Shown here: in pieces, positions 47,010 through 61,270 of the stretch
Layout of the letters: each line of letters starts with the position of its first letter
How positions within the stretch are numbered: the stretch's first letter is position 1
From: Mustelus asterias
Lineage: Eukaryota
Assembly (NCBI RefSeq): GCF_964213995.1
Contig: NW_027590205.1
Coordinates: forward strand, 310,001-374,000
DNA: 64,000 nucleotides
Direction of reading: 5' to 3'
The notes under the pieces: model-generated
What the model was told of the DNA's origin: nothing
Databases searched by the model: none
Seen by the model: only the letters and a program-made list of their open reading frames with translations
Made by a program: the position numbers and the translations under genes

Positions 47010-50000
47010 GGGATCAAAGGTGAACACGGGATCAAAGGTGAACTTGCTAGATGGGTACAGAAATGGCTTGGCCATAGAAGACAGAGGGTAGCAGTGGAGG
47101 GGTCTTTTTATCATTGGAGGTCTGTGACTAGTGGTGTTCCGCAGGGCTCTGTACTGGGACCTCTGCTGTTTGCGATATATATAAATGACTTGGAAGAAGA
47201 TGTCTGATTAGTAAGTTTGCGGACGACACAAAGATTGCTGGAGTTGCGGACAGTGATGAACATTGTCAGAGAATATAACAGGATATAAATAGGCTGGAGA
47301 ATTGGGCGGAGAAATGGCAGATGGAATTTAATCCAGATAAATGTGAAGTGATGCATTTTGGTAGATCTAATGCTGGGGGGAGCTATACAATAAATGGCAG
47401 AACCATCAGGAGTATAGACACACAGAGGGATCTGGGTGTGTAAGTCCACAGATCCTTAAAGGTGGCAGCACAGGTGGAAAAGGTGGCGAAGAAGGCATAT
47501 GGCATGCTTGTCTTTATTGGACTGGGCAAAGAGTATAGAAGTTGGCATATGACGTTGCAGTGATATAGAACGTTGGTGAGGCCACATTTGGAATACTGCG
47601 TCCAGTTCTGGTCGCCACACTATCAGAAGGACGTGGAGGCTTTGGAGAGAGTGCAGAAAAGGTTTACCAGGCTGTTGCCTGGTATGGAGGGTATTAAACA
47701 AATAACAGATGCATGTAAAAATGGAACAGCAATAATCATGGGGGATTTTAACCTCCATATTGATTGGTCAACTCAAGTCGGACACGGTGGACTTGAGGAA
47801 GAGTTCTTAGAATGCCGTCACGATAGTTTCCTCGAACAGTATGTTACAGAACCTATGAGGGAGCAAACTATCTTGGATCTGGTCCTGTGTAATGAGACAG
47901 GTAAAATTAATGATCTCCTTGTGAGGGATCCTCTTGGAATGAGTGATCACAGTATGGTTGAATTTCTAATACAGATGGAGGGTGAGAAGTACCGTCCCAA
48001 ACCAGTGTCCTCTGCTTGAACAAGGGGGATTACAAAAGGATAAGGGCGGAGTTGGCTAATGTAGACTGGGAACACAGACTAATTGGTGGGACAGTTGAGG
48101 AACAGTGGAGGATTTTTAAGGAGATTTTTCTCAGTACTCAGCAAAAATATATTCCAGTGCAAAAGAAGGAATGTAAGAAAAGGGATAACCAGCCATGGAT
48201 AACCAAGGAAATAAAGGATAGTATCAAATTAAAAACAAATGCATACAGAGTGGCCAAAATTAGTGGCGAACGAGAAGATTGGGAAAGCTTTAAAAAACAA
48301 CAAAGAGCTACTAAGAAAGCAAGAAAGAAAGGAAAGATAGATTATGAAAGTAAACTAGCACAAAATATAAAAACTGATAGTAAAGGTTTTTACAAACATA
48401 TAAAACGGAAAAGAGTGGCTGAAGTAAATGTTGGTCCCTTAGAAGATGAGAAGGGGGATTTAATAATAGGAAACGAGGAAATGGCCGAGGCCTTAAACAA
48501 GTTTTTTGTGTCGGTCTTCACAGTGGAGGACACAAATAGCATCCCAATAATTGACGGTCATGGGACTGTCGGGAGTGAGGACCTTAAAACGATCACTATT
48601 ACTAAAGAGGTAGTGCTGGGTAGGCTAATGGGACTAAAGGTACACAAGTCCCCTGGTCCGGATGGAATGCATCCCAGGGTACTAAAAGAAACGGCAGAAG
48701 AAATAGCAAATGCATTAGTTGTAATTTATCAAAATTCACTGGACTCTGGGGAGGTGCCAGCTGATTGGAAAACAGCTAATGTAACGCCACTGTTTAAAAA
48801 ATGAGGTAGACAAAAGGCAGGTAACTACAGGCCGGTTAGCTTAACATCCGTACTTGGGAAAATGCTGGAATCTATCATTAAGGAAGAAATAGCAGGACAC
48901 CTGGAAAAGAATGGTTTAATCAAGCAGACGCAGCATGGATTCATGAAGGGAAAGTCATGTTTGACTAATTTACTGGAATTTGTTGAGGATATAACGAGTG
49001 CGGTTGACAGAGGGGAACCGGTGGATGTGGTGTATTTAGATTTCCAGAAGGCATTCGATGAGGTGCCTCACAAAAGATAAAGGTACACGGAGTTGGGGGT
49101 AAAGTGTTAGCGTGGATTGAGGATTGGCTATCGAACAAATGATGTGGAGATGCCGGCGTTGGACTGGGGTGAAGACATTAAGCGCTCCGAAAGCTGATGG
49201 TATTTGCTACCAAATAAACCTGTTGGACTTTAACCTGGTGTTGTTAAAACTCTTACTGTATCTAACAGAAAGCAGAGAGTCGGAATATATGGGTGCTTTT
49301 CCGGTTGGCAATCAGTGACTAGTGGCATGCCGCAGGGATCGGTGCTGGGGCCTCAACTATTTACCATATACATAGACGGTCTGGAGGAAGGGACCGAGTG
49401 TAGGGTAACAAAGTTTGCGGATGACACAAAGATGAGTGGGAAAGCAAATTGCGTGGAGGACACAGAAAGTCTGCAGAGTGATTTGGATAGGCTAAGTGAG
49501 TGGGCAAGGATCTGGCAGATGGAGTATAACGTTGGTAAGTGTGAGGTTATCAACTTTGGAAGGAATAATAGTAAAATGGACTATTACTTAAACGGTGAAA
49601 AATTTCAAAATGGTACTGTGCAGAGGGACCTGGGGGTTCTTGTGTATGAATCACAAAAACTCAGTTTACAGGTGCAGCAGGTAATCAAGAAGGCAAATGG
49701 AACGTTGGCCTTTATCGCGAGAGGGATGGAGTATAAAAACAGGGAGGTCATGCTGCAACTGTACAGGGTACTGGTGAGGCCGCACCTAGAATACTGTGTA
49801 CAATTTTGGTCCCCTTATTTAAGAAAGGATATATTAGCTTTGGAGGGGGTACAGAGAAGGTTCACCAGGTTGATTCCGGAGATGAGGGGGTTAGCTTATG
49901 AGGAGAGATTGAGTAGACTGGGCCTGTACTCATTGGAGTTTAGAAGGTTGAGGGGAGATCTTATAGAGACATATAAGATAATGAAGGGGCTAGACAGGGT

Positions 50001-50790
50001 AGAAGCAGCGAGGTTATTTCCACTTACTAAGGAAACAAGAACTAGGGGGCATAGCCTGAAAATACAGGGGAGTCAATTTAGAACAGAGTTGAGGAGGAAC
50101 TTCTTCTCCGAGAGTGTAGTGAATCTTTGGAATTCTCTGCCCAATGAAGCAGTAGAGTCTACCTCGTTAAATGTGTTTAAGTCACAGATAGATAGATTTT
50201 TAACCATTAAGGGAATTAAGTGTTATGGGGAGTGGGCGGGTAAGTGGAACTGAACTCACTATCCGATCAGCCATGATCTTATTGAATGGCGGAGCAGGCT
50301 TGAGGGGCTAGATGGCCGACCCCGGCTCCTATTTCTTATGTTCTTATGTTCGTAAGTAGCTATGAGGTGAGATTGAGTAAACTAGGGTTATTCTCCCTGG
50401 AAAGACGGAGGTTGAGGGGCGACCTAATAGAAGTTTATAAAATTATGAAGGGCATAGATAGGGTGAACAGTTGGAAGCTTTTTCCCAGGTCAGAAATGAC
50501 AAACACAAGGGGTCACAAGTTCAAGTTAAGGGGGACAAGGTTCAATACAGATATGCAGGGGACGTTCTTTACACAGAGGGTGGTGGGGGCCTGGAATGCA
50601 CTACCAAGCAAGGTGGTTGAGACAGACACGCTAGGATCATTTAAGACTTATCTAGATAGCCACATGAACAGACTGGGAATAGAGGGATACAAACGGATGG
50701 TCTAGTTAGGAACACATGATCGGTGCAGACTTGGTGGGCCGAAGGGCCTGTTCCTGTGCTGTATTGTTCTTTGTCCTTTATTTGTTCTTT
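47010..50790 (+). mobile_element. Nested CR1s: outer element (47010-47695 + 50357-50790) split by a second subfamily (47696-50356)
   Basis: The outer reading 'PGMEGI|SYEVRLSKLG' is interrupted by a ~2.7-kb APE/RT fragment with its own TTCTTATG tail. Confidence 0.9.
49139..49258. mobile_element. Miniature Penelope insertion (inverted terminal tail plus forward 3' piece) inside a CR1
   Basis: atgatgtggagatgccggcgttggactgggg is the reverse complement of the element's end. It is joined to gctccgaaagct...aataaacctgttggactttaacctggtgttg...cttactg and flanked by tatc(g/t)aaca. Confidence 0.8.
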
Positions 50791-51763
50791 GTAAACTGCT
50801 CAGCTCTAAGGGAACCAAACTCAGCGTTCAGCTGTTCTGATAGTGCAGCTCATGCATGATTAACGTCAAGATCGATAAGACCTTCTACCCCGCGTGCTTC
50901 CCAATGTCATTTTAGGAATTGATGGAACTTTTGGATGGATTCCCATTAATCATTGTCATTATGTCAGCATAACATTCCGGGCTGGGAGAAATCTTGCTTC
51001 TGACAATTAAATGCCAACAACATATACATAGTCGTATGTTGAATTAACAGAGACAGTCTCTGATGTAATGTAAAGAGAAAAAATCTGTGTAATATAAAAA
51101 GAGGTGGGATCAGATGTAATAGAAACAGATCCGTGGTCTACTCTCGTACTAATTGAGAGGACCTAATGCAGCATAAATAGAGGGATGGCCTCATAACGAG
51201 TGTAGTATAACGAGAGAAATGACCGAATGTAGCATAAATACATACTACATTCGGTCATTTCTCTCGTTCTGCTACACTAGGCCATTACAAATTCCAAATT
51301 CCAAATTTGGAAATTTCAAATTCCAAACCACAAATTCAATACAAATGAATTTATTCTATACATGTAACCTACGTGTCTGCGTGGGTTTCCTCCGGTTACT
51401 CCATTTTCCTCCCACATTCGGAAATACGCACTGTTTAGGTGCATTGACCCGAACAGCCGCTGGACTGTGGTGACGAGAGAAATTTCACAGTAACGTAATT
51501 GCAGTGTTAATGTAAGCCTTACTTGTGACTAAGAAATAAACTTTGTATAGTGTACTATTGGACACAGATTTCAGACTGTGTGCACACTGAGCTAAATGTC
51601 ATCATGTCAAAACACAAATTATGACCAGTTAACAGTCTAATCTCAGTGGAATCCGCATAAGTTTTGAGTCAAACGGTAATGTGTTCAATTCCCACAACAG
51701 AAACCTGAGCTCGTGATCCAATCTGTGACCCAGTGCTGAATATTCAGTTTTCCATTATTAGAT

Positions 51764-52865
51764 AGAACAAAGAACAACGAACAATACAGCACAGGAACAG
51801 GCCCTTCGGCCCTCCAAGCCCGTGCCGCTCCCTGGTCCAAACTAGACCATTCTTTTGTATCCCTCCATTCCCACTCCGTTCATATGGCTGTCTAGATAAG
51901 TCTTAAACGTTCCCAGTGTGTTCGCCTCCACCACCTTGCCTGGGAGCGCATTCCAGGCCCCCACCACCCTCTGTGTAAAATATGTCCTTCTGATATCTGT
52001 GCTAAACCTCCCCCCACCCCCACCCCCTTCACCTTGAACCTATGATCCCTCGTGAACGTCACCACCGACCTGGGGAAAAGCTTCCCAGCGTTCACCCTAT
52101 CTATGCCTTTCATAATTTAATACACCTCTATTAAGTCTCCCCTCATCCTCCGTCTTTCCAGGGAGAACAACCCCAGTTTACCCAATCTCTCCTCATAACT
52201 AAGCCCCTCCATACCAGGCAACATCCTGGTAAGCCTCCTCTGTACTCTCTCCAAAGCCTCCACGTCCTTCTGGTAGTGTGGCGACCAGAACTGGACGCAG
52301 TATTCCAGATGCGGCCGAACCAACGTTCTATACATCTGCAACATCAGACCCCAACTTCTATACTCTATGCCCCGTCCTATAAAGGCAAGCATGCCATATG
52401 CCATCTTCACCACCCCTTCCACCTGTGACGTCACCTTCAAGGATCTGTGGACTTGCACACCCATGTCCCTCTGCGTATCTACACCCTTTATGGTTCTGCC
52501 ATTTATCGTATAGCTCCTCCCTACATTATTTCTACCAAAATGCATCACTTCGCATTCATCAGGATTGAACTCCATCTGCCATTTCTTTGCCCAAATTTCC
52601 AGCCTATCTATATCCTGCTGTAGCTTCTGACAATGCTCCTCACTATCTGCAAGTCCTGCCAATTTTGTGTCGTCCGCAAACTTACTGATCACCCCAGTTA
52701 CACCTTCTTCCAGATCGTTTATATAAATCACAAACAGCAGAGGTCCCAATACAGAGCCCTGCGGAACACCACTAGTCACAGGCCTCCAGCCAGAAAAAGA
52801 CCCTTCCACTACCATCCTCTGTCTTCTGTGACCAAGCCAGTTCTCCACCCATCTAGCCCATCTAG
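51764..52865 (-). mobile_element. 5'-truncated CR1, same subfamily as 25253-29655
   Basis: ORF 52117-52848 is nearly identical to the C-terminal part of ORF2. Confidence 0.92.
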
Positions 52866-53139
52866 ATGTGATGATATTTCAGTCTAAGGGGTAGTACAGC
52901 AATATCGTTATTAAGCGAGCATTCCAAAAGCTTGAAGTAATGGTCTGGGGACAGGAGTTCCAATTCCAACCTGGCAGCTGAGGAATTTCAATTCACTTAA
53001 TTGATTATGCTGAAACAAACATCATGTATATTTAAAGTTTAAAGGTTTAAAGTGTATTTATTCGTCACAAGTAGGCTTACATTCAAAATGTAATGAAGTT
53101 ACTGTGAAAATCTTATGTCGTCAAAGCTCATCTTCTTCT

Positions 53140-55215
53140 CGAATGTCGTTCAGGAGAGGAAATTTTACTTCTTAGTTCTAAGATATATAAAATTACAGAA
53201 GAAGCAACAAACCTGAGGTTTAGGACCGTTTTAGAATTCAACAAAAGAAGACCAAATGATCGCGGGGGGAAATAGAGTATGAGAGTAAAATAGCAGTGAA
53301 CATAGAAACTGATTGTAAAAGCTTCTATGAATATCTGAAGAGACAAAGATTAGTAAAGACAAATGTAGTACCTTACAGTCAGAATCCAGGGAAATTATAA
53401 TGGGGAACAAAGAAATGTTGGATGAATAGAACGCAAAGTTTGACACCACCTTCACAAAGAGGACACACATATCCTCCCAGAAATGTTAGGGAACCAAGGG
53501 GCTAGTTGGAAGGCGGCGTTTCTGAAAACCAGTATTAGTACGAAAATCGTACTGGGGAAATTAATCGGGTTAAATGCTGATCAATCACTAGGGCCTGATA
53601 ATCTACATCCCAGAGTATGAAAGGAAATGGCCCTGAACATATTGGATACATTGGTGGTCATCTTCCAATCTTCTATAAACTCTGGAACAGTTCCTACAGA
53701 TTGGAGAGTGACAAATGTAACCTCAATGTATACAAAGGAAGGGAGAGTAAAAATGATGAATTACAGCCTGACTTTAGTATCATCGAAGATTTTAGAAACT
53801 TATAAAAGACATGATAGCAATACATGTGGAAAGCATGAACGGAATTTGATGAACCCAGCACGGGCTTAATAAAGACGTCATTCTTTACAAACCTACTTGC
53901 GTTCTTTGAGGATGCAAATAATGGGATAGGCAATGTGGGACCGGTGTATGTGGTGTATTTGCGATTCAAGAAGACATTTGAGATAGTTCTTCATAAAATA
54001 TCAGGCGGCCAAATTAAAGCGCGTGAAATGGGCTTAATGTATTGGCATAGGTATGGAATTCGTTGACAGATAAGAAACAAGAGAGTGGAAATAAATGGGT
54101 CATTTTCCGAGTGGGAGTCAGCGACTCGTGGGGTACCCCAGATCCCAACTTTTTAATTTATTCATTAGTCACAAGTAAGCTTACGTTAACACTGCAATGA
54201 AGTTACTGTGAAAATCCCCGAGTCGCCATATTCCAGCGCCTGTTCGGGTACACTGAGGGAGAATTTAGCGTGGCGTAGCTAATGCACCTCGTCAGAACAT
54301 CTTTCAGACTGTGGGAGGAAACCGGAGCACCCGGAAGAAATCCATATAGACACGGGGAGAATGTGCAGGCTCCGTACAGACAGTGACCCAAGCTGGGAAT
54401 CAAACCCAGGTCCCTCGCACTGTACAACTGTGGGATCTGGATGAGGGTATCAAATGTAACATTTTCAAAAGGGTTGGCGATACATAACTGGGCGTAATTG
54501 TGAGCTGTGTGGAGGATGAAGGGGGGCTTCACTGTGATCTGGACAAGTTGAGTGAATGGGTGAACACGTGGCAGATGCAGTACAGGGTGACTAAATGTGC
54601 AGTTATATACTGGTGTGTAAAGCAGAAAGCAACATATGTTTGGAAGTGTGATGTAGAAATGGATCTGCGTGTCCTTGTACACCAGTCAATAAAATTGGAG
54701 AGGCATGCACAGCAAGCAATTAGGAAGGCCTTCTCTGCACGAAGATTTGAGTTCAGAATTACGGAAGCCTTACTGCAATTATGCCGGGCCTTCCTCGGAC
54801 CATGCCCGGTGTAGTGCGTGTAGTTCTGATCTCGGTACATAAGAAAGGGTCTGTGGGGACTACAACTGATACCGGAATTGGTGGGACTGTCCTAGGAAGT
54901 GAGGTTGATTCGACTGGGCCTGTATTCACTTGACTCACCTGATGAAGGAGCGGTGCTCTGAAAGCTTGTGATTCCAAATAAACCTGTTGGACGTTAACCT
55001 GGTGTTGTGAGACGACGTAAATGATCTCGCACAGATGACTGTGGATGCCATGTCGCTGCATATATTCAAGAAATAAATAGATTTGTGATTAAACTTTAAT
55101 GCTATCAAGGGGTGTGGACAGAATGCAACAATGTGGCCTGGAGATAGAAAACTATCCATGATCATAATGAATGGCGGATCAGGTTCGAATGGCCTACTTC
55201 GACTCCTAGTTTCTA
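53140..55215 (+). mobile_element. Old degraded CR1 with nested SINE and Penelope fragment
   Basis: Fragments such as GTVPTDWRVTNVT and DLDKLSEWVNTWQMQY. Confidence 0.7.
54932..55015 (+). mobile_element. Short Penelope 3'-end fragment with hammerhead motif
   Basis: gactcac-CTGATGA-aGGAGCggtGCTCT-GAAA-GCTT-gtgattc followed by caaataaacctgttgga, same family as 15560-15660. Confidence 0.7.
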
Positions 55216-56142
55216 TTTACTTAATGTTCAGCTAATGTTCTGAGGACCTGGGTTCAAATCCCACCGCGGCAGATCGAGGAATTTGAATTCAATAAAAAAT
55301 ATCTGGAACTAAAAATCACTTGATGACTGAGACCATTGTTAATTTTTGCAAAAACCCATCTGATTCGCTAATGTCCCTTTAGGGAAAGAAATCTACCGAC
55401 CTGTCCTTGTCTCGCCTACATGTGACTCCAGAGGCACAGCAATGTGCTTGACTCTCAACAGCCCTCCAAGGGCAACTAAGGATGGGCAAAGAATGCTCGT
55501 CAGCCAGTGACGCCCAAGTCCCACGAATAAATAAAAAAGAGTGTGTTTACCCTGTCTGTCCTACATGTGACTCCAGTTCCACAGTGATGAAGCTGACACT
55601 TAAATGCCTCTGAGATTTCCGAAATAGCCATTCAGGTGTTTCAAAGCTGCTGCAGAAAGTCAAACACAAATAAAACCGACCAGAGGGCAATTATTTTCAA
55701 AAAGGTGGCTCAGATCAGCCTTCTCAGGATGGGCAATTAATGCTGACTTTGTCAGTGATGCCCATATCCAGAGAATGAATAAAACAGTACAAACAGTGTT
55801 GTTTCAGAAATCTGACAGAAAAACAACAAAAACGGTTGATCAGTGGGCATCAGCAGAGAGTGAAACGGATTCTCATTTCAGGCCGATGGCAGGATGCAAA
55901 ATCTCGATGATATAATTCTGTAGAACAGGGCTGTTCTCCCCAGTATCCTGGGCCATTCGTTCTTCAACTAAAATCACAAAATTGCTGTTCCTTTATCACA
56001 TCTCGGTTTGTGGGAGGCTGCTGTGCCCCAAATATTTGCTGTATTCCCAATATTACAGTAGTGAATAAATTCAGCGAAAATACATCAGAGAGTTTTAAAT
56101 GCTTTGGGGCGACCTGAGGTCGGGGAAACCGTTATAAAAACG

Positions 56143-56490
56143 TGGGCGGCACGGTGGCCTAGTGAGACGGCACAGTGGTTAGCACTGCTGCCTTACATCT
56201 CTAGAGCCGTGGTTCGATTCCCGGCTTGGGTCACTGTCTGTGTGGAGCTCGCACATTCTTCCACATGTCGGCGAGCGTTTGCTCCGGTTTCCTCCCACAG
56301 TGCAAAGATGTACGGGTTAGGTTGATTGGCCATGCTAAATTGACCCTTAGTGCCCCAGGGTATGCAGGTTAGCGAGATTAACAGGGTAAATATGTTGGGT
56401 TACGGGGATAGGGCCTGCGTGGGATTTTTGTCGGTGCCGACTCGACGGGCTGAATGGCCTCCTTCTGCACTGTAGGGCTTCTATGTTTCC
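56143..56490 (+). mobile_element. HE1-type SINE
   Basis: Same family core and tail. Confidence 0.85.
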
Positions 56491-57629
56491 ATAAACTCAA
56501 TGCAAGTTCTTTCCAAATGTTAACATTAGAAAATGCAAGATTTGATATGTTGAGAGCTCTGAGATTAATGTGATTGTATTCATTCCGCTGCCTGATGTCT
56601 TAACTTGTCCAGTTTAAGTAGATTAAATCATCAATCAAATTGACATTCGGTGGAATACCAATCTGTTCAAATATGTTTCATTTATTGTGACATCAGAATA
56701 CTCTGAACAAATTTTTGATTAGAATGTATCTCTTTATTTGAATTAAATAGCATCTGCTCTAATGGGTATTCACAAAGCTTCTATTCATTTTGAACCAATT
56801 GTCAATATACTTAAATTAAACAGTTATTTTGAGTTGAAACGAATCAATAAGTGACTGTTTATCTGGTTTTGCTGCCGTGATACTTCATTCTAACCAGTGA
56901 GGTGTTTGTGTAAGTAAACAGTGAAATAGCAATCCCAGAATAAATTTATTGATTGAGGAAAACACAACAAAAACTTCCCCATCAACACAGCACAGAAATA
57001 GACAAACATGCATCTAAATCAACGGATTCCAGTCGTGAATGTTTTTTGGACATTTTTCTTCATCTGTTATATGCGCAAAAAAGGCTATGATCATCTCTGT
57101 GTTCAAAAGTAGGAAAGATTCCCTCTAATCTCGAAATATAATGCCACGGCAAATATATTTGTGGAGATTTCCTGTGCTTTATCTCTCCGTGTTTTTCTCC
57201 TGTCTGATTCTGTCTCTTGCTTTGTCTCTCCACGACAGGTCATTGTCAACAACATCAAGTCAAACTCCAGCTAATGTATTCTCTCAGCCATATTAATAGG
57301 CTTCTAACTAAATGGGTCTAATTCAATTAATTGGACAATATCGAGAGAGCTTTTCTCCAAAATGTATATTGGTCATTCCTTGGATCTAACTCGTCCTGTC
57401 CCGGCCACCCAATTGTTTCAATGGACAGTGTAGAGAGAGTTTTACTGTTTCTAAACAGCCTACATTTTCTGGGAATGTATGATTCGGACAGTGGAGATGG
57501 AGATACACTTCGTATCTATCCCGTGCTACACCTGCCTTGGGAGTGTTTAATGTTGCAATGTGGAGGGAGCTTAACATTCGCTACCTAAACACATGCTTCA
57601 CCTGTCCTTGGAATGTTTGATGGGACACT

Positions 57630-57955
57630 AGGCCCTGTCTCTATAATGCACTCGTCTGTGATCCTGGTCTGCTGATGTTAAATTAACTAATCTCTGCGTC
57701 AGTTTATATTAAAGAACGTTGTGTCTCTGTTCATATTACACTAGATGTGCTCTCTGTTTATACTAAACTAGATGCTGTCTCTGTTTATATTACACGTCAC
57801 CATATCTCTGTTTACATTAAGCTCGACAGTGACTCTGCTTCTATTAATGTAGACCTGTCTCTGTACTAAACTGGATGCGGTCTTAGTTCTGCACTTGACT
57901 ATGTCCACGTTCATTTTATATTGGGCACGGACTCAGTTATTACTGCGCTAGACAA
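57630..57955. repeat. Degenerate ~27-28-bp satellite (cctgtctctgtttatattacactaga-like)
   Basis: Recurs here and at ~39350-40700, and in reverse orientation at ~44880-45110, 46600-46830 and 51010-51240. Confidence 0.6.
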
Positions 57956-58344
57956 GGTGCAATAATGTGAAAAGTGGCTGGGGGAACACATTTCTCTGCA
58001 TCCTCCGACAGACACAACTCTGGGATGGAGACTGGTCTTGGGCACTGGAAGAAGTGATATCTGAAATCAAATTCTGCTGACTGCATTGCAAGTAGATATC
58101 AAACCCTGCGCTGGATGCACTGTCGATCCAATAGTTTCTGTTTCAGGATCCTGCTGAATACAGATGTTTTTAGCACAGCATATTCATGTATTGTATTATC
58201 TCTCCTCCTCACAGAACCGTAGAGTAATGCGACCTTAATTCGAACAGAGGCATAATCTAGTGCATTGATAACAGTGACCTGGTCACATTAAATGTAGGCA
58301 GAGTCAGGATCAAATAAACACATACATGGACTGATGCAGCATTA

Positions 58345-58775
58345 AGACCATACCATAAGACATAGTAGCAGAATTAGGCCACTCGGCCCATCGAGACTGC
58401 TCCGCCATTCAATCATGGCTGATACTTTTCTGATCTTCATTCTCCTGCCTTTTGCCCATAACCCCTGATCCCTTTATTAATCAAGAACCTATCTATCTCT
58501 ATCTTAAAGACACTCAATGACTTGGCCTCCACAGCCTGCTGTGGCAAAGAGTTCCACAGATTCACCACTCTCTGGCTGAATAAATTTTTCCGCATCTCTG
58601 TTTTAAAGGATCACCCCTTTAGCGCGAGGTTGTGCCCTCTGGTTCTAGCTTTTCCTACGAGGGGAACCATCCTCTCCATGTTCACTCTATCCAGCCCTCG
58701 CAGTATCCTGCAAGTTTCAATAAGATCCCCCCCATCCTTCTAAACTCCATCGAGTACAGACCCAGAGTCCTCATA
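58345..58775 (-). mobile_element. CR1 3' fragment
   Basis: ACCATAAG-type tail and RT-end sequence on the minus strand. Confidence 0.8.
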
Positions 58776-58939
58776 CGGCAAGTTCTAACTAAAACAAGAT
58801 CGAGTTAATTTGATGTAATGAACTATTCAAGCAAATACTGTGACCGAACATTTGTAATGTAAGAATGTTGTTTCTGTTTAGTATACGCAGATACATGTTG
58901 TGATGCAGTAGGAATTGAGACACAGCCAGATTAAAGTTT

Positions 58940-59237
58940 TAAAGCTTATTTATTAGTGTCACAAGTAGGCTTACATCAACACTGCAATTAAGTTACTGTG
59001 AAAATCCCCTAGTCGCCTGTTCGGGTAGAATTTAGGGGAGAATTTAGCATGGCCAAAATGCACCTAAACAGCACGTCCTTCGGACTGTGGGAGGAAACCG
59101 GAGGACCCGGATGAAACCCACCCAGACACAGGGCGAACATGCAGACGACACACAGACAGTAACCATAGCTGGGAATTGAAGCCGGGTCCCTGGTGCTATC
59201 AGGCAGCAGTGATAACTATTGTGCCACCGTGCCGCCC
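58940..59237 (-). mobile_element. HE1-related SINE with alternative tail
   Basis: Core plus gtcacaagtaggcttac tail, also seen at 51370-51540 and 54165-54425. Confidence 0.75.
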
Positions 59238-59489
59238 GTATTAACTGAAACATAGTTCAGCACAGTCATAACTCAGAAAGTATCGTCTAAGTAGGGCCTT
59301 GGCTTCTTGTAGGAACAACTGATAATGAGCCGAGTAGGGAAATAACGGAGATAAGACATGTTGTAATGTGATCGAGACATGGCCTATTTCAATACAAACA
59401 GAAATGGGGGTTAATTGAATATAAGCAGAGATATGACATGTTCAAAGTTATTTTATGAGATTTTTGTGTCACTGGTAAAGTAGCATTTG

Positions 59490-61270
59490 TTGCCACTTCG
59501 TTTATCCCTTTGAGAATGTAGTGGTGAGCCCTCTTCTCGAGCCATTGAATTCCACAGAGTAAATACACGCACAGTGCTGACAGGAAAGGAGTTACAAGGT
59601 TTTCATCCATTGACACTGAAATATACAGTCAAGATGGCGTGTGGGTTTTATGGGCACTTGCAGGTAATTGTGTTCTCCTGCATCTGCTGCCCTTGTCGCT
59701 TTAAGTGTCAGAATGAATGTGTTTGGAAGGTGCCATGGAAGGATAATGCCGCTGTTATACAAGTTGTATAGTTCAGACTACTGGAATTGTACATCTGTGA
59801 TGCAGAGAGTGAATGCTTAAAGTGGCGCGCAGGGCGTTCATCGAGCCACCTGCTTTCTGCTGGGTGGTATCGAGATATTTAGGTGTTGCTTCAGGGTCAC
59901 ACGTCAGACAAGTGGAGAATATTCAATCACACTCCTGACTTTTGCCCTGTACATGATGGAGAGGGTTTGAGAAGTCAGGGGGTGAGTTACTCAACACAAA
60001 ATTCCCAGCATCTGACATGTTCTTGTCGCAATATTTTTTACGTGGCTGTCCCAATTCAGTTTTTAATCAACGGTAATTCACAGAATGATGATAGTGGGGG
60101 TTTCAGCGGTCGTCATGCCATTTAGTGTCAAAGAGAGATGTTTGGAATCTCTCTTAATTGAAGAAGGTCATTGCCTGCCACTTGTGTGGCGTGAATGTTA
60201 TTCTCCACTCCTCAGACAAGCCTGAATGTGTTCTAAGTCTTGCTGCATATGGACACGGACTGCTTCAGTATCTGAGGAGTCGCAAATGTGCTGAACACTG
60301 TGCAATCATTAGTGAACATCCCACTACTGAGCTTCTAATGAAGGGTGAAGATTAGGCCGAGCACACTATCCTGAGGACTTCCTGCAGCAATGCCCTGTGA
60401 CTCAGATGATTGGCTTTCAACAACCACAACCATCTTACTCTATGTTCGGTTTGACTGAAGCCAGTGGAATGTTTACCCCCGGATCCCCATTGACTGCAGC
60501 TTCGCTCGGGCTTATTGATGCCATAATCAGTCAAGTGCTGCGTTATTGTCGAGGGCAGGCACTCTCACCTTACCTTATTAAATCAGCTATTTCTACTATA
60601 TTTGGACTAAGTTCAAATGATTTCTGGAACCGCGTGCCCCTAGTGGGACCCAGAGAGAGCATCATTGAGCGGATTATTATTATTATTGCTGATCGGATGA
60701 TCCTTGATACTTTCTATTACGTTGATCGAGTGAGGACGCATTGGGCGATAATTGGCCAGATTGGAGTTTCCCTGCTTTTCGTGACAGGACATGTCTGACA
60801 ATTTTCCATACTGTTGGGTATGTGACCGTGATGTATATACTTGAATAGATTGGCTGGGGCGCAGCTAGCTCCAGAGCACAAATCGTCATTATTATTGCTG
60901 AAATATTGTCAGGACCAATAACCTTTGCAGTGTCCAAAGCCTTCAGCACAGTGTTAGGCCACAGATCAATCATGAACATGTTGCATGGCGGAGCGGGCTC
61001 CAGGGCTTGAATGGCCTATTCATCTTCCAATGTTATACTGTGAAATGAATTGAACTGCTTGGAAACTGGCATCTGTGATGCTGGGGACCTCAGGAGGAGG
61101 CTGAGATGGAACATCTTCTCGGCACTTCCGGCTGGAGATGGTAGCAATTGTTTCAGTTTTGTTTCTTTACCCTTTGCTGAGGTCCCACATCATTAAGAAT
61201 GTGGGTTTTATTTGAGGCTCCTGCTGCGGTTAATTGTTTTAATGTCCACGACCATTCAGGACTGCATGCG
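59490..61270 (-). mobile_element. Highly degraded LINE (CR1/L2 group)
   Basis: LKALDTAKVIGPDNISAIIMTICALELAAP in ORF 60683-60979. Confidence 0.65.

Noticed and set aside
57165-57330. Strong acceptor followed by HCQQHQVKLQL (B-box-like)
   Set aside because: The remaining zinc ligands are absent and there are no supporting exons.
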